A stretch of 64,000 bases of DNA from Anolis carolinensis (taxonomy: Eukaryota). Each line of letters starts with the position of its first letter. Within the stretch, counting starts at the first letter, position 1. The position numbers and the translations under genes were made by a program. Location of the stretch: NCBI RefSeq assembly GCF_035594765.1, contig NC_085844.1, positions 10,183,923 to 10,247,922 of the forward strand, written 5' to 3'. The notes under the pieces were generated by a model that was not told where the DNA came from, ran no database searches, and worked only from the letters and a program-made list of their open reading frames with translations. This document shows, piece after piece, positions 61,916-64,000 of this stretch.

Positions 61916-62902
61916 ATGTCTACCGGAGCCGGGCCGGGCGACCAGCCACTCAGCTACACCATCGCCAAGGATGAAGTGGACCGAATCCAGGATATGCTCA
62001 ATACACAGGCGGGAGAGATACGGGGCTTGAAAGACCGCGGAGCCCGTCTCCCTGCCCTGGCGTTGCCAACCAAGTTTTCTGGGGAGGCTTCCAAGGTTCA
62101 TGTTTTCCGTCGCCAATGCCAGGCGTACCTAGAGGCCCGTAACGCCGAGTTTCCCCAAGAAGACATCAAGGTGGCGTGGATTTATAGTCTCCTAGACGGG
62201 CCAGCGGCCAACTGAGCGACGGCGCTGTTTGATCAAGTCTCCCCACACCTAAGTTCCGCGCAAAACTTCTTGGATCACCTTAAGGCAACTTGGGGGATCG
62301 AGGACAATTTAGAGGCGGCCGGCCACAAACTCCGACGCCTTTCCCAAGGGGACAGGCCTTTGTCCCAGTACATAGCCGAGTTCCAAGTGCTGGCCCATAA
62401 CACCGGCTGGAATGACATAGCCCTCAGAGGACAGTTTCGGGAGGGTCTCAGCATCGAGATGTTGGAGGAAATCTCCAAGGTGGATCCTCCAAACTCTCTT
62501 GAAAGACTCATTGATCAATGTTTACGGGCCGAAGTCATGCTTGCCAACAGAAAACAGTGGATCCGAGGCCAGAGTGGAAGAGCTGGAGCAAAACCTCCCG
62601 CTCCCACCGGCATCCAGCCGCGTCCAGTGTGGAGACCCCTGCCACCAGCCCCATACCCCAGAGGAAGTGAGGAGGTGCCGATGCAGTTGGGCAATGTGCG
62701 TCCCAGATTAGATGCTGCCGAGAAGGCCCGCCGCCAACGTCTAAACCTCTGTTGGTACTGCGGAAACGGGGGCCACTTTGCCAGAGAGTGTCCAGCCAAG
62801 GGGAAGCCCGCCGCTCGTCTGGCGGCGGCGTCCTCCGTGGAGGCGACAACGTCCGAGGCGGCGGGCGCAAAGCCGGCGGGGGAAGCCAGCGACCAGGTGT
62901 AG
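61916..62902 (+). pseudogene. gag: Gypsy gag with one in-frame nonsense codon
   Basis: ORFs 61916-62215 and 62270-62902 are in the same frame; TGA at 62213-62215 in GPAAN*A where Trp is expected; PTKFSG, LSQGDRPLSQY, CWYCGNGGHFAREC. Confidence 0.88.
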
Positions 62903-64000
62903 AGAGGCTCGCCAACCCGGTCAAAAACCCCACTCAAGAGCCGCCAACCGGGGTCCTATTTCTCCTAGTGGTCACCTTGTGGTCAGCCAAGAAAGGACCC
63001 GTCATGATCCATGCCATGATAGACTCTGGAGCCACAAACAACTTCATTGATAGAGAGTATGCCGACTCTCTGGGACTACAATATCACGATTTCAAGAACG
63101 CCCGTGTGGTACAAGCCATAGATGGCCGCCCCCTCAAGACAGGTCCAGTAAGCCAATGGTCTGAACCCACCAGAATGTGGATAAGGGAGCACATGGAAGA
63201 GATTTCCTTCTTTGTTACCGAGGTTCCCCACTTCCCTGTGATTTTGGGAATCCCATGGCTGACACTCCACGACCCCAGCATCTCTTGGACCAACAGAGAA
63301 CTGCAGTTTGCGTCCAAATATTGCCAAAACCATTGTCTTGTAGCCAAGGTTTGCCACGCTACAGACGCTGAATCCATTATCACCTTGCCCAAGAAATACT
63401 CAGACTTTTGGGATGTTTTCAATGAGAAAGAAGCCGAGAGACTACCCCCGCATAGACCTTATGACTGTGCCATTGACTTGGTGGAGGGGGCCCCGATTCC
63501 GCGAGGACACCTCTACTCCTTGACTGAACCAGAGCAAGAAGCTCTCAGGGAGTTCATAGAGTCAAACCTCCACAAGGGGTTCATCAGACCCTTTCAATCC
63601 CCAGCCGCTTCTCCAGTGATGTTTGTGAAAAAGAAGTCAGGGGACCTACGCTTGGTGGTAGACTATAGGGCATTGAACAATATCACTAAGCGAAACCGCT
63701 ATCCCCTGCCTTTGATCTCGGACCTATTAGACCGGCTTCGAGGGGCCAAGGTTTACACCAAGCTGGATCTTCGAGGGGCTTATAATCTAGTTCGCATTAG
63801 GGAAGGGGACGAATGGAAGACCGCCTTCCAGACTAAATTCAGATTATTCGAGTCCCTGGTCATGAATTTCGGTTTATGTGGAGCTCCCGCAACGTTCCAG
63901 CATTTTGTCAATGATATCTTTCAGGATTATCTAGATCGGTTCTTGATCATCTACTTGGACGATTTTTTGGTGTTTTCTAGATCACAATCAGAACATGAGA
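62671..64000 (+). CDS. pol: Gypsy pol (protease plus RT, partial), -1 frame relative to gag; true start unknown
   Basis: Manual translation: open frame from 62671 to window end; AMIDSGATNNFI, ILGIPWL, SPVMFVKKK, VDYRALN, KLDLRGAY, NFGLCGAPATFQ, YLDD at 63952-63963. Confidence 0.92.

Larger units (their letters stand above)
60946..64000 (+). mobile_element. Ty3/Gypsy LTR retrotransposon (Tf1/sushi, chromovirus-like), right-truncated by window
   Basis: 5' LTR, gag with CCHC knuckle, and pol in PR-RT order. Confidence 0.95.

Noticed and set aside
61916-64000. Domesticated PEG10/RTL-like gene
   Set aside because: Has an LTR, a nonsense codon in gag and is absent from the paralogous unit, so it is an ordinary retrotransposon insertion

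Overview
Eukaryotic (vertebrate) genomic DNA. A Sauria SINE plus the L2, L1, R4/Dong, Penelope, hAT, Helitron and Gypsy repeats point to a squamate reptile, probably an Anolis lizard (inference). The window holds a minus-strand tandem cluster of Mas-related GPCR (MAS1/MRGPR-family) genes, each with one coding exon. Four ORFs are intact: 9594-10595; 20533-21480 (type A); 26338-27309 and 53962-54927 (type B). One type-B gene is broken by a single homopolymer frameshift (39831-40779), and two are A/B chimeric pseudogenes (35351-36063, 48811-49679). From about 21065 onward the sequence is three tandem copies of a 13.5-14.7 kb unit whose junctions are the chimeric genes. Each unit has its own insertions and deletions, so the history of the array can be read from the sequence. 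Other highlights: (1) divergence between receptors is concentrated on extracellular and ligand-pocket segments; (2) a conserved non-coding first exon/promoter is shared by distant paralogs; (3) a Penelope insertion carries a minimal hammerhead ribozyme; (4) a Tf1/sushi-type Gypsy element with an apparent self-priming PBS sits nested in an L2 inside a hAT MITE. All alignments were done by eye and repeat family names come from recognition, not database searches.
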